Source of the DNA: Synechocystis sp. PCC 6803 substr. PCC-P
GTDB lineage: Bacteria; Cyanobacteriota; Cyanobacteriia; Cyanobacteriales; Microcystaceae
NCBI RefSeq assembly: GCF_000284455.1
Contig: NC_017039.1
Span: forward strand, 2,190,001 to 2,222,000
DNA: 32,000 nt
Direction: 5' to 3'
Shown: piece after piece, positions 1-11,983 of the stretch
How the letters are laid out: the number at the start of each line of letters is the position of its first letter
How positions within the stretch are numbered: position 1 is the stretch's first letter
Translations under genes and position numbers: made by a program
The notes under the pieces: generated by a model
Databases searched by the model: none
What the model saw: only the letters and a program-made list of their open reading frames with translations
Told to the model about the DNA's origin: nothing

Positions 1-1310
<1,310 letters not shown>

Positions 1311-1417
1311 TTAAACACCCCCGGTCTTTCTCCAACGGTCAGCCAGCTATTTCATTTTCATTACCCAATTCCTGCAATCGGATTTAGCGGCGATCGCCCT
1401 AAAAATACCCATGTACC

Positions 1418-1639
1418 CTATGCGGCACTCAACATCTTAATTTTGGCAATTTCTGCTTCCAAACTAGGCAGTTTTTGGTTGTGGGTCTGGGCTGTTTCTA
1501 GCCAGAGATCTTTAACTATCATTAATTCTTCTAGAGTTTCCTCTAGGGTTTCTCCTTGGGCCAAACAGCCACATAACGCAGGAATTTCAGCGACAAAACC
1601 ACCTTCTGCACAGGGATAAATAACAATTGGATAATTCAT
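1418..1639 (-). CDS. HicB-like antitoxin (short form, 73 aa)
   Basis: MNYPIVIYPCAEGGFVAEIPALCGCLAQGETLEETLEEL... matches the HicB partial RNase-H-like fold pattern (GGF-A-P-L-GC-A-G-T-EE). It abuts the upstream HicA-like ORF. Confidence 0.82.
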   Translation of the reverse strand: MNYPIVIYPCAEGGFVAEIPALCGCLAQGETLEETLEELMIVKDLWLETAQTHNQKLPSLEAEIAKIKMLSAA

Positions 1640-1867
1640 CTATTTTTTCTCGATAATTTCAAGGATTCGGCGAATATAGATTGACTTGACTTTCTTGTTG
1701 TGGACGGGAATAACCAGAATAATATCATTTTTTTTGAAAATGTGATGACTACCTGTGATTCTTTCAAGATAGAAGCCTTCTAGCTCCAGTAACTTACAGA
1801 CATCACTGAATCTAATGTTGTTAGGACTATTTTTCAGGAGCGCAATGAGTTTTTTTCTTTTAGGCAC
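1640..1867 (-). CDS. HicA-like toxin (mRNA interferase); start uncertain, open frame extends to 1984
   Basis: ...RFSDVCKLLELEGFYLERITGSHHIFKKNDIILVIPVHNKKVKSIYIRRILEII carries the HicA dsRBD-like pattern with the G-S-H-H-I catalytic-His region. GTG at 1867 or TTG at 1885 are plausible starts. Stop codon 1642..1640 directly abuts the HicB ATG at 1639. Confidence 0.75.
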   Translation of the reverse strand: MPKRKKLIALLKNSPNNIRFSDVCKLLELEGFYLERITGSHHIFKKNDIILVIPVHNKKVKSIYIRRILEIIEKK

Positions 1868-2231
1868 AGTTTCATAACTTATCAATTGTATTCCCCAAAA
1901 TTTTACCAGAGTCTGAAATGTTTGTTGAAGTGACTCTTCTTTGCTGGCAAAACTGATTTGGCAAATATTAATTTCAGGTAACAAAGCAGTAAACTAAGAT
2001 CATAGACTATGACAACCTACTTTTAAAATATCTAGGAAAAACAATCATTATTAGATAGCTAGATGGAATTTTAAAGGGACAAAGCTGAGGGGATAATAGC
2101 TAATAAAAAATTTGCCAAATTGTATTCCAGACAAGCTTAATCAAAAATGCAAAGCTTAACAACTAGGAAAATGATTCAGTCCCCCTTACAATGGATGAGC
2201 AGTTTTGCCCATATCCCTCAAGCTAGTCTGA

Positions 2232-4928
2232 ATGCAACCTACTGATCCAACCAAATTTACTGAACAAGCCTGGGACGCCATTGTTAAATCCCAAGAAGTA
2301 GCCCGTCGTTATAAGAACACAAATTTGGAAGTAGAGCATATTCTGCTGGCGTTGTTGGAGCAGGATATGGGTTTGGCGGCAAGGATTTTCCAGCGGGCGG
2401 CGGTGGATGGCGAGGGACTACGGCAACAGTTGGAAATTTTCACCAACCGGCAACCCAAGCAGGCTTATGTAGAACAACTTTACCTGGGGCGTAGTTTGGA
2501 TGTGATGCTAGACCGGGCCGATGCCGCCCGTAGTAGCTGGGAAGATAAATTCATTTCCGTTGAACATTTACTGGTGGGGTTTGCAGAGGACGACCGGGTG
2601 GGGCGCAAAACCCTCCGCGCGTTTAACCTTGACCCCCAGGATTTAGAGTTGGCCATCAAAGCGATTCGAGGTTCCCAAAAGGTGACGGAGCCAAATCAAG
2701 AAGAAAAATATGAAGCGTTGGATAAATACGGACGAGATCTGACGGAGCAGGCCCGCCAGGGTAAGCTAGACCCAGTGATCGGTCGAGATGAGGAAATTCG
2801 TCGAGTTATTCAAGTACTCTCTCGGCGTTCCAAAAATAACCCTGTCCTGATCGGTGAACCGGGGGTGGGCAAAACGGCGATCGCCGAAGGTTTGGCCCAA
2901 CGGATTATCAATGGCGACGTACCAGAATCATTAAAAAATCGGCAGTTAATTTCCCTGGATATGGGCAGTTTAATTGCCGGGGCTAAATATCGGGGGGAAT
3001 TTGAAGAAAGACTGCGGTCAGTGATGAAGGAAGTGACCAATTCCGATGGGCAAATCATCTTATTCATTGATGAAGTCCATACCGTAGTGGGAGCCGGTGG
3101 TCGCGAAGGTTCTGGGTCCATGGATGCAGGGAATTTGCTCAAGCCCATGTTAGCCCGGGGGGAGCTGCGGTGCATTGGGGCCACCACATTGGATGAATAC
3201 CGCAAAAACATCGAAAAAGATCCTGCTTTAGAAAGAAGATTTCAACAGGTTTACGTCAAGCAACCTAGCGTGGATGATACGATTTCCATCCTGCGGGGTT
3301 TGAAGGAAAAATATGAAGTACACCATGGGGTCAAAATCACCGACTCCGCCCTAGTAGCAGCAGCTACCCTTTCCCATCGCTATATCCAAGATCGATTTTT
3401 GCCCGACAAGGCGATTGATTTAGTGGACGAAGCAGCCGCCCGATTAAAAATGGAAATTACTTCCAAACCGGTGGAATTAGAGGATATTGACCGACGCTTA
3501 ATGCAACTACAAATGGAAAAACTTTCCCTAGAAGGGGAAGAAAAACGTCCTGGTTTAGGAGCTGACAAATCTTCCAAAGAAAGACTAGAAAAAATTCAGC
3601 AGGAAATTACTGAATTAGAGGGTCAGCAACAGGAATTATCCGGTCAATGGCTGTCGGAAAAACAGATGCTGGAAGAAATTAACACCCTCAAAGAAAAGGA
3701 GCAAGAGCTAAGACTTCAGGTAGAAAAAGCTGAGCGGGCCACTGATTGGGAAAAGGCCGCCAAAATTAAGTACGGAGAGTTAGAAGTCCTCCAACATGAC
3801 ATTGAAGAAAAAGAAAGTAAATTACTAGAAATTCAAGGCTCCGGTAATACTCTTTTGCGGGAACAGGTAACGGAATCGGACATTGCCGAAATTGTCGCCG
3901 GTTGGACGGGCATCCCCATGAACCGTCTCATGGAAACGGAACGGCAAAAATTATTGCAATTGGAAGGTCACCTCCATCAGCGAGTGATCGGTCAGAAGGA
4001 GGCAGTAGCGGCAGTTTCTGCGGCCATACGTCGGGCTAGGGCCGGCATGAAGGACCCCAGTCGCCCCATTGGCTCTTTTCTGTTTATGGGGCCCACGGGG
4101 GTAGGTAAAACGGAATTGGCTCGGGCCTTGGCCGGGTTTCTGTTTGACAGCGAAGAAGCCATGGTGCGGATTGATATGTCCGAATATATGGAAAAACACG
4201 CCGTTTCCCGTTTAATTGGAGCTCCCCCCGGTTACGTGGGCTACGAGGAAGGGGGACAATTATCGGAAGCAGTGCGCCGTCGTCCCTATTCCGTTGTGTT
4301 GTTGGACGAAGTGGAAAAAGCCCATTTAGACGTGTTTAATATTTTGCTGCAGGTCTTGGATGATGGCCGCATTACCGATTCCCAGGGGCGGGTGGTGGAT
4401 TTTCGCAACACCATTATCGTCATGACCAGTAACATTGGCAGTGACCATATTCTCAGCCTTTCCGCCGATGATGCCGACTACGACAAAATGCAGAAACAGG
4501 TATTACAATCCCTGCGCAAACATTTCCGTCCGGAATTTCTCAACCGTATTGATGATCTAATTATTTTCCATACGTTGAAACGGGATGAGTTGCGTCGCAT
4601 TGTCGTCCTACAAATTAAACGCATCGAGAAGTTATTAGACGAGCAAAAAATCACGCTTTCTCTTTCCGATGCTGCCCTGGATCACATCGTCAGTGCTGGT
4701 TACGATCCCACCTACGGAGCAAGACCTTTAAAACGTGCTATTCAACGACAGTTGGAAAATCCTATTGCCACTAAAATCTTAGAAAATACTTTCGTTGCAG
4801 GGGACAAAATTCTCATTGATTGTGTGGATGGTCAGTTAATCTTTGATAAAGAAATAGAGCCCACAACATTACCAGAAGAGCCAGAAGAAAATATCACAGC
4901 GGTGGAAGTCGAGGTTCTTTCTTCATAA
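2232..4928 (+). CDS. clpB: ATP-dependent chaperone ClpB (898 aa; ClpB2-like cyanobacterial paralogue)
   Basis: Two AAA+ modules: Walker [16 protein letters not shown] and [15 protein letters not shown], a coiled-coil middle region, and C-terminal [19 protein letters not shown]. Confidence 0.97.
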   Translation: MQPTDPTKFTEQAWDAIVKSQEVARRYKNTNLEVEHILLALLEQDMGLAARIFQRAAVDGEGLRQQLEIFTNRQPKQAYVEQLYLGRSLDVMLDRADAARSSWEDKFISVEHLLVGFAEDDRVGRKTLRAFNLDPQDLELAIKAIRGSQKVTEPNQEEKYEALDKYGRDLTEQARQGKLDPVIGRDEEIRRVIQVLSRRSKNNPVLIGEPGVGKTAIAEGLAQRIINGDVPESLKNRQLISLDMGSLIAGAKYRGEFEERLRSVMKEVTNSDGQIILFIDEVHTVVGAGGREGSGSMDAGNLLKPMLARGELRCIGATTLDEYRKNIEKDPALERRFQQVYVKQPSVDDTISILRGLKEKYEVHHGVKITDSALVAAATLSHRYIQDRFLPDKAIDLVDEAAARLKMEITSKPVELEDIDRRLMQLQMEKLSLEGEEKRPGLGADKSSKERLEKIQQEITELEGQQQELSGQWLSEKQMLEEINTLKEKEQELRLQVEKAERATDWEKAAKIKYGELEVLQHDIEEKESKLLEIQGSGNTLLREQVTESDIAEIVAGWTGIPMNRLMETERQKLLQLEGHLHQRVIGQKEAVAAVSAAIRRARAGMKDPSRPIGSFLFMGPTGVGKTELARALAGFLFDSEEAMVRIDMSEYMEKHAVSRLIGAPPGYVGYEEGGQLSEAVRRRPYSVVLLDEVEKAHLDVFNILLQVLDDGRITDSQGRVVDFRNTIIVMTSNIGSDHILSLSADDADYDKMQKQVLQSLRKHFRPEFLNRIDDLIIFHTLKRDELRRIVVLQIKRIEKLLDEQKITLSLSDAALDHIVSAGYDPTYGARPLKRAIQRQLENPIATKILENTFVAGDKILIDCVDGQLIFDKEIEPTTLPEEPEENITAVEVEVLSS

Positions 4929-4958
4929 TATTAACTCTAAGTAAATCAACATAAGACT

Positions 4959-5447
4959 ATGGCTATCTCTCTAGATGAAGATAATCAAAAAATAATAGAA
5001 ATTCATCAAGTGATAAATACGAATAGTCGTTTTTACGGACATTTAGTAAATTGGTATGAGGGCGTTTCTTGGCATTATGGCATTGGACTCGATGAAAATC
5101 TGATTTTTGACACAGGCGGGCTTTCGATTTTTACGAGAAATCCAAGCGAGTTCTTTATTGTCCCAGACGTGCAAAAGTTTTCTCCATATCAGACAATCGA
5201 GCGGCTCTGTTACGCTTTGATTTGCTTTAAAGATTGGGATTATGGGCTTTTGGGATGGAATTGTGAACATGTTGCTCGTCTAGTTGCATCGGATTCAGCC
5301 GTATCTTATGAAATTAAAAAACTGCCATTTCCTATTCCACAAATGAATCATGGTGCTTGGCACCCTAATGCCAGAAACATCTTGGATAGCTTTATAGATC
5401 AAAACAAATACCTAATCAATGACACACTAACTACATTTCCTAGCTGA
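4959..5447 (+). CDS. LRAT/NlpC-P60-like (permuted papain fold) small protein
   Basis: 162 aa with WHYGIGLDENLIFDTGG (His motif) followed by GLLGWNCEHVARLV (NCEH catalytic-Cys motif), the arrangement typical of LRAT-like proteins. Confidence 0.65.
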   Translation: MAISLDEDNQKIIEIHQVINTNSRFYGHLVNWYEGVSWHYGIGLDENLIFDTGGLSIFTRNPSEFFIVPDVQKFSPYQTIERLCYALICFKDWDYGLLGWNCEHVARLVASDSAVSYEIKKLPFPIPQMNHGAWHPNARNILDSFIDQNKYLINDTLTTFPS

Positions 5448-5558
5448 AAAAATATTGTTCAGCTCTGCAAGGCACCGAAAACATCTGTGGATACCCAATA
5501 GACTGGTATTTCAATCTTTTTTCAACCTAGAATATTTGCAAAAATTTTGAGCAAACGA

Positions 5559-8500
5559 TTATTGGATTTTTGTTGGTACATCTTCTTCGGTTAAGCGGGA
5601 TTCCAAATCGGTTTTGACTTTTTCTATATCAACCCCTTCCCATTGGTGTAGCAACACGTACAAGCAGGGAATTAAAAATAGGGTTAGTAAGGTAGCGAGG
5701 GAAAGACCGGAAAACACCACAATGCCCAAAGGTTGGAGCAATTCTGATCCTTGTCCAATGCCCAGGGCGAGGGGAAACATGCCCAGCACGGTGGTAATGG
5801 TGGTCATCAAAATCGGTCGTAAGCGTTGGGGGGCTGCCCGTAAGATAGCTGCTTCTCGACTGATGCCTTCTTCGGCCCAGATTTGGTTAGCTAACTCCAC
5901 CATGATGATGGCGTTGTTGACCACAATCCCCACCAGGAGTACTGTACCAACAATTACCGTGGCACCGATCGCCGTTTGGGTAACGTATAAACCCAAAATG
6001 CCTCCAGCCAAAGCCAAAGGTAGGGTGAACATAATTACCAGAGGATCGAGGAGAGAATTGTATTGCACCGCCATAACCACAAAGACGAGAAACGCCGCCA
6101 AGCCCCCTAAAATCACCAGGGAAGACTGTAACTGTTCATTGCTCGCCGCCGCTGTACTGGGCAGTCGAGACACCCCGGGGGGAAACTCCATGGCGGATAA
6201 AACTTGGTCAACTTCTGTGAGAGCTTCACTCAAACTAGCCCCTTCCACTAACGTACCAGCAATTAAAAACACCGGCCGTTGGTTAATGCGTTGAATTTCC
6301 CCCGGTGCCCGACCTTGGTCAATGGTGGCCACATCCCCCAAACGGATCGGGCGATCGCCATCAATAAAGAGGGGAATTTGTGCCAAATCCCCAGGGCCAG
6401 AGAGCAAATCATTGTCCAATTTCACTCGCACATCCACCAGGCGATTTTCCCGTTGCAACTGGGTGGGCACAGCACCGTCTAAAGCAGTTTGGACTGTCTG
6501 CCCAATGGCTTGGGTGGTTAAACCTAATTCCGTCGCCCTTTGCCAATCGGGACGAATCTGCACTTCCGGTTGACGGGGATCGGCATCGGGACGAAAACGG
6601 GCCAATGTAACTTTTTCTCCTAATTCCGCCAACACTGCCCGCCCCGCTTCATCTAACACATCGGCATCATTCCCCTGCAAAACCACATCCACATCTACGT
6701 TACGTAGGGGGGAATTGCTCAAAATCAGACCCCGCAACTGTCCCGGTGCCATCCGCAGACGAATATCCACCAAGTTCAGCGCTTCCAATTCCGCCGTCAC
6801 CCGTTCGGTGAATGCCTCCACATCGGTATTGGGTTTTAGGGTAATGGTGCTGGAACTGCGCAGAGCATTAGCATTAACGTTACTGCCAAAGAGAAACCCC
6901 CCCACCGTGGTGAAAGCGTATTCGGTTTCCGGCTGATTGATGAGGATGTCATCCACGATCGCCATTAAGCGTTGGTTTTCCTCTAAGGGAGTGCCGGGGG
7001 GGAACTGGGCAAACATACTGGCTTGACCCGTATTGATGCGGGGCAAAATTTCCTGGGGAATCTGTCCGATCATCCACAAACTACTGCCACCAAAAACAAT
7101 GAAAATAGAAGCCACCGCCACCAATCGATGTCGGATCAGGATGGATAAAAAACGGGCGTAGGCCGCCGTGGCCCCTGCAAAACGTCGGTTAAATTCCCGA
7201 AAAAATAACCAATTACCCAAACCACTCCGGCGGCGAATGGCCAATAAACGGGAAGCGGCCATGGGCACTAGGGTCACTGCCACCAGGATGGAAGCCGCCA
7301 CCGCAAAACTGATGGTCAAAATTAATTCATTAAAAATCAGGGCAATGAAGCCACCAATCATCAAAAATGGCAATACCGCCACCAAGTTAGTGCTAGTGGA
7401 AGCCACCAGTGCCGATTCCACCGTTTGACTACTGGCGATCGCCTGGTTGCGCATTTCCCCTTTAGTTAGTGGGAGGGGATTAACTTTGCCGGGGGTCATG
7501 CCCGCCCCTTCCGCAATGGTTTCCAACATGACGATGGAGTTATCCACCACAATGCCCACCCCCAGGGCCAAGCCCCCCAAACTAAAAACGTTCAAGGATA
7601 AACCAAAGGCCTTCATGACAATGATGGCCGCCATGGTGGCCAAGGGAATAGCCAACACAATAATTAACGTCTGTCGCAAAGAACCGAGAAATAACAAAAC
7701 GGCGATCGCCGCCAGGACCGTACCAATTAACCCCGAAACAACAACGTTATTGACCGAGTTACGGATAAAAACTGAATCATCTAAGGTAGGGGTTAATTCC
7801 GCCGCCTGGGGAATAATGCCTTCTGTGCGTAACTCCTCCAAACGTTTTTTAACCCCATCCACTACTTCAATGGTGTTAGCCTCCGGTTGTTTCTGCACAC
7901 TCACTTTTACCGCCGGATTACCGTTGAGGGTCACAAAAATCCGTTCTTCCTCTGTACCGTCAATAACAGTGGCCACATCCCGCAGATAAACTTTTTGGGC
8001 CGATTGATCCTCCAGACCAGACACTGTGCCCACCACTAAATCCTCAATTTCCTGGGCTGAAGCAAATCTACCCACTGTACGGGTTAAAGGTTCCGACTCC
8101 GTACCAACAATTCTGCCCCCGGAAATATCCACATTTCGGCTCTGTAAAGCATCCAATACCTGGGTCAAACTCACCCCCGACCGCTGTAGTCGTTGTAAAT
8201 CCACATTGATCCGGACTTCTTCCTGGGCTGCCCCCGACACATTCACCGATGCCACCCCCGGCACCACTCCCAATTCCCGTGCTAACTCCTCTTCTGCAAA
8301 TACCCGCAACGATGGCCCCGACAACTCCGGGGAGGTAACGGCAAATTCATACACCGGCAACTGGGAAGGATCAAACTTAAATAACCGGGGGGTTTCCAGA
8401 TCATCCGGCAACTGGTTGCGGGCCCGGTTAAAGGTAGCGGTGGCGTCATTCAACGCTTGGTCAATATTGCCCCCCGGCTCGAAAAACAAATCCAGGCTAA

Positions 8501-8786
8501 TTTGCCCCTCCCTGGTTTGAGAGTAAACCTGCACCACCCCTTCCGTGGCTGACAGGGCCGCTTCCAAGGGTCTGGTAATTTCGTCCACCGCCACTTCCGG
8601 AGATACCCCTGGAGCATCTAGTCGCACGCCAATGCGGGGATAGGTGATGGAAGGCAACAGATCCACCGGCAGGGAAAAAACAGCGAAAACCCCCAACACA
8701 ATAATGGCCAGGGTGAGCATAAGGGTGGCAATGTGCCGACGGATGGCCAGGCCACTCAGACTAAAAACGGAGTTGGGGGAGGACAT
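5559..8786 (-). CDS. RND efflux pump inner-membrane transporter (AcrB/HAE1-like)
   Basis: Long ORF with GIVVDNSIVMLE, FSLPVDLLPSITYPRI, and repeated TM/docking domains. The open frame reaches 8819; the internal ATG at 8786 (MSSPNSVFSLSGLAIRRH) is the likelier start. Confidence 0.95.
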   Translation of the reverse strand: MSSPNSVFSLSGLAIRRHIATLMLTLAIIVLGVFAVFSLPVDLLPSITYPRIGVRLDAPGVSPEVAVDEITRPLEAALSATEGVVQVYSQTREGQISLDLFFEPGGNIDQALNDATATFNRARNQLPDDLETPRLFKFDPSQLPVYEFAVTSPELSGPSLRVFAEEELARELGVVPGVASVNVSGAAQEEVRINVDLQRLQRSGVSLTQVLDALQSRNVDISGGRIVGTESEPLTRTVGRFASAQEIEDLVVGTVSGLEDQSAQKVYLRDVATVIDGTEEERIFVTLNGNPAVKVSVQKQPEANTIEVVDGVKKRLEELRTEGIIPQAAELTPTLDDSVFIRNSVNNVVVSGLIGTVLAAIAVLLFLGSLRQTLIIVLAIPLATMAAIIVMKAFGLSLNVFSLGGLALGVGIVVDNSIVMLETIAEGAGMTPGKVNPLPLTKGEMRNQAIASSQTVESALVASTSTNLVAVLPFLMIGGFIALIFNELILTISFAVAASILVAVTLVPMAASRLLAIRRRSGLGNWLFFREFNRRFAGATAAYARFLSILIRHRLVAVASIFIVFGGSSLWMIGQIPQEILPRINTGQASMFAQFPPGTPLEENQRLMAIVDDILINQPETEYAFTTVGGFLFGSNVNANALRSSSTITLKPNTDVEAFTERVTAELEALNLVDIRLRMAPGQLRGLILSNSPLRNVDVDVVLQGNDADVLDEAGRAVLAELGEKVTLARFRPDADPRQPEVQIRPDWQRATELGLTTQAIGQTVQTALDGAVPTQLQRENRLVDVRVKLDNDLLSGPGDLAQIPLFIDGDRPIRLGDVATIDQGRAPGEIQRINQRPVFLIAGTLVEGASLSEALTEVDQVLSAMEFPPGVSRLPSTAAASNEQLQSSLVILGGLAAFLVFVVMAVQYNSLLDPLVIMFTLPLALAGGILGLYVTQTAIGATVIVGTVLLVGIVVNNAIIMVELANQIWAEEGISREAAILRAAPQRLRPILMTTITTVLGMFPLALGIGQGSELLQPLGIVVFSGLSLATLLTLFLIPCLYVLLHQWEGVDIEKVKTDLESRLTEEDVPTKIQ

Positions 8787-8973
8787 AGGGGCTGGGGGGA
8801 TGGGGAACAGAGGAGGCAATAATTCCTGGGGAAAGGAAAAATTTCAATGGTTCGAGGATTCGAGTCTTTTGACTGGGAAAATGTCGGAGAGGTTTAATCG
8901 ATTTATTTGAACAGTTCCAGTGGAGCTAAAACGAACAAAAACTTAACAGTCTCCATTAACACTATTGTTCCTG

Positions 8974-10377
8974 CTATTTTTCTGATAAAACGCTGAGACG
9001 AATTTGACTATCCGGTTGTAGCGGTCTACTACTGCGGACCACAAAACGTTCCTGGGGAGCTAAGCCTGCCACAATTTCCACCTTCCCGTTGGCAGTTTGC
9101 CCCAGGGTAACCGATCGCCGTTCCAGCACGTCTTTTTCCCCTGCTTTGGTCACCACAAAAATGGCATCTTCATCGACAATGGCAGATTCTGGAACTACCA
9201 CATTGGTATCTGCACTGGCATCAAAACTGACCCTGGCCAACAGCCCAGCGCCAATTTTTTCACCAGGATTATCCATGGTTATTTCCACCGGCACAAGGCG
9301 AGAATTAACGTCAGCCTGGGGGGAAATGCGGGTTACCACGCCCGTAAAAGTCTGGCCAGGAAACGCATCTAGCTTGACGTTGACCTTTTGCTGTAGGGCA
9401 ATTTGGGCCAGTTGCAACTCCGATACCTGCACGTCAATTTCTAACTGACGAAAATCCCCCAGTTGCAAAATTTCCGTCCCCGGCTGCACTAAATTGCCTG
9501 GTTCACTTAATCGTCGTAACACCCGCCCCGGAAATGGTGCTCTGACGGTGGCGTACTGTTGCCTAGTTTGGGCCTGTTCAATGGAAGCTCGCTGGGCATT
9601 CATCTGGGCGGTGGCCGCCCCCACCCTCTGCTGTTCGATCTGCACCTGGGCGATCGCCGAGTTGAGGATTTGGGACGCAGTTTTGGCCGCTGTTTTAGCT
9701 TGGCTTAATTGTTGGCTAGCGCTGGCCTGTTCGTTACGCAAAATTTCCTTGGCTTGACGGGCTCTGGTTTCTGCCTGTTCCGCCTGTTGGGCACCGCCAG
9801 CTCCCTCTTCGGCTAATAGTCGGAAGCGAGCAGCATCGGCCTGGGTTTGATCTACTTCCAGCCGGGCTTGTTCAATGCGGGCGTTGAGGGAAGTTTCCAA
9901 ACGGATAATGTCCGCCTGGGCCTGTTGCAGTTGCAAACGGGCCTGTTCTACCCGAATTTGGGCATCCCCCACCTGACTTTGGGCAGTTAAAACTTCCGAA
10001 CGTTGGGCCATTTTCTCCGCTTTGGCCTGGTCTACCGCCCCCAGTAATAAATCATCTTCAATTTCCGCCAATATTTCTTCTCCCCTGACCCGATCGCCCA
10101 CATCCACTGGTAGCCTTTGCAGTCGTCCTTCAATCTGGGCTTTGATGGAGGCTTCCCGCACTGGGGCTGTGGTGCCCGTATATTCCAACTCCTTGGTCAA
10201 TGCTTGGGGTCGAGCTAGGGCCACATCCACGGCGATCGCCTGGTTTGATTCAGTATTCTCCGTTTGGGCTTTGACATTTTGTTCCCAGAGATCGCTGCAA
10301 CCCATCAGGGAAAAACTTAATAAACCTAGCAGGGAAAGTTGCCGTCGCAGACGTTGGTGGGGGATGTACTTGTTCAT
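8974..10377 (-). CDS. RND efflux periplasmic adaptor (MFP/HlyD family), lipoprotein
   Basis: N-terminal lipobox LSFSLMGCS; TGTTAPVREASIKAQIEGRLQRLPVDVGDRVRGEEILAEIED lipoyl/barrel-sandwich region; coiled coil; upstream of the RND pump on the same strand. Confidence 0.95.
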   Translation of the reverse strand: MNKYIPHQRLRRQLSLLGLLSFSLMGCSDLWEQNVKAQTENTESNQAIAVDVALARPQALTKELEYTGTTAPVREASIKAQIEGRLQRLPVDVGDRVRGEEILAEIEDDLLLGAVDQAKAEKMAQRSEVLTAQSQVGDAQIRVEQARLQLQQAQADIIRLETSLNARIEQARLEVDQTQADAARFRLLAEEGAGGAQQAEQAETRARQAKEILRNEQASASQQLSQAKTAAKTASQILNSAIAQVQIEQQRVGAATAQMNAQRASIEQAQTRQQYATVRAPFPGRVLRRLSEPGNLVQPGTEILQLGDFRQLEIDVQVSELQLAQIALQQKVNVKLDAFPGQTFTGVVTRISPQADVNSRLVPVEITMDNPGEKIGAGLLARVSFDASADTNVVVPESAIVDEDAIFVVTKAGEKDVLERRSVTLGQTANGKVEIVAGLAPQERFVVRSSRPLQPDSQIRLSVLSEK

Positions 10378-10770
10378 AAAAACGATGCGAGGGAAGAATA
10401 GTACCGAATTAGCGGGCTAGGACAGGAAGGAAAGTCAATACCAGCCTTAGAATTTAGTTTTAGCCAGGCCAAGTGACCTAGAAAAGCCCAGTAATATTGC
10501 TTTACCTTAACAAAGTAACAAATAAGTTTACAAAACCCACCTTTGGGGTGGCCGATTCCAATCGTCCCTGTGCCAGTTGTCTTCAGTCCATTTTTTCTCC
10601 GTAAAAACCCCCAGCAAGTTGGCAAATTTGGGCAAAGAAGTCCAAGGAATTGATAAATTGTGACCATTTGTGGCGATCGCCGGACAAATAGAGGAAAGTG
10701 GCATTAAACTTTTGTTAGCCCCTGTGCTTGCTTTGGCTGTGGGTTCAGAACTTATAGGAGCATTAAAGTC

Positions 10771-11880
10771 ATGGCTTTGGAATACATGATCGAAGACCTC
10801 ATGGAGCAGTTGGTGGAAATGGGCGGCTCCGATATGCACATTCAAGCGGGGGCACCGGTTTATTTCCGGGTGAGCGGCAAATTAGAACCGATTAACGAGG
10901 AAGTTTTAACTCCCCAGGAAAGCCAAAAGTTAATCTTCAGCATGCTGAACAATTCCCAACGGAAAGAACTAGAACAAAATTGGGAATTGGACTGTTCCTA
11001 TGGCGTGAAAGGTTTAGCTCGTTTCCGGATTAACGTTTACAAAGAACGGGGTTGTTATGCCGCCTGTTTACGGGCCCTTTCTTCTAAAATTCCCAACTTT
11101 GAACAATTGGGACTGCCCAACATTGTGCGGGAAATGGCGGAACGCCCCCGGGGACTAATTCTAGTGACGGGACAAACTGGCTCCGGTAAAACCACCACTT
11201 TGGCAGCAATTTTAGACTTAATTAACCGCACCAGGGCCGAACATATTCTCACCATCGAAGATCCGATCGAGTATGTGTTTCCCAACGTGCGCAGTCTTTT
11301 TCACCAGCGGCAACGGGGGGAAGATACGAAAAGTTTCTCCAATGCTCTGCGGGCAGCGTTACGGGAAGATCCGGACATTGTACTGGTGGGAGAATTGCGG
11401 GATTTGGAAACCATTGCCCTTGCCATCACTGCGGCAGAAACCGGACACTTGGTTTTTGGCACTCTCCACACCAACTCAGCAGCGGGCACCATTGACCGGA
11501 TGTTGGATGTGTTTCCGGCTAACCAACAGGCCCAAATTAGAGCCATGTTATCCAACTCTTTACTAGCGGTATTTGCCCAAAACTTAGTCAAGAAAAAGTC
11601 CCCCAAACCCGGGGAGTTTGGCCGGGCCCTAGTGCAGGAAATTATGGTCATTACCCCGGCGATCGCCAACCTAATTCGGGAAGGCAAAGCGGCCCAGATT
11701 TATTCCGCCATTCAAACCGGAGCAAAACTAGGTATGCAGACCATGGAACAGGGCCTGGCCACGTTGGTGGTGTCGGGGGTAATTTCCCTGGAAGAAGGTT
11801 TAGCTAAGAGTGGTAAGCCGGACGAGCTACAGCGCTTAATCGGTGGCATGACCCCCCAGGTTGCCGCTAAACGTCGTTAG
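10771..11880 (+). CDS. pilT: Type IV pilus retraction ATPase PilT
   Basis: GGSDMHIQAGAPVYFRV, Walker A GQTGSGKTTTLA, EDPIEY, LRAALREDPDIVLVGELRD, and C-terminal AIANLIREGKAAQIYSAIQTG. Confidence 0.97.
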   Translation: MALEYMIEDLMEQLVEMGGSDMHIQAGAPVYFRVSGKLEPINEEVLTPQESQKLIFSMLNNSQRKELEQNWELDCSYGVKGLARFRINVYKERGCYAACLRALSSKIPNFEQLGLPNIVREMAERPRGLILVTGQTGSGKTTTLAAILDLINRTRAEHILTIEDPIEYVFPNVRSLFHQRQRGEDTKSFSNALRAALREDPDIVLVGELRDLETIALAITAAETGHLVFGTLHTNSAAGTIDRMLDVFPANQQAQIRAMLSNSLLAVFAQNLVKKKSPKPGEFGRALVQEIMVITPAIANLIREGKAAQIYSAIQTGAKLGMQTMEQGLATLVVSGVISLEEGLAKSGKPDELQRLIGGMTPQVAAKRR

Positions 11881-11983
11881 CATACGGAAATATACCGATT
11901 AACATAAGTTTTTCGGTGCAATCCCCCTAATCATCTGACCCCAAACTATTAAGCTCGTAAAATTGTGACGGAGACAATTAACC

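Noticed and set aside
5614-8910. Several long plus-strand ORFs (e.g. 5614..6294, 7447..7989, 8026..8520, 8644..8910)
   Set aside because: All lie antisense to the RND pump gene. Their low-complexity, Arg/Thr/Pro-rich translations are shadows of the strong minus-strand frame.
9089-10420. Plus-strand ORFs 9089..9448, 9494..9757 and 10022..10420
   Set aside because: Antisense to the membrane fusion protein gene; no recognisable domain.
10640-10690. Possible CRP site near TTGTGACCATTTGTGG upstream of pilT
   Set aside because: Only one half-site (TGTGA) is present. No TCACA half lies at the right spacing.
10374-10845. Minus-strand ORFs 10374..10667 and 10528..10845 in the gap before pilT
   Set aside because: They overlap each other in different frames, partly overlap pilT, and show no domain-like pattern. 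More likely the divergent promoter region.
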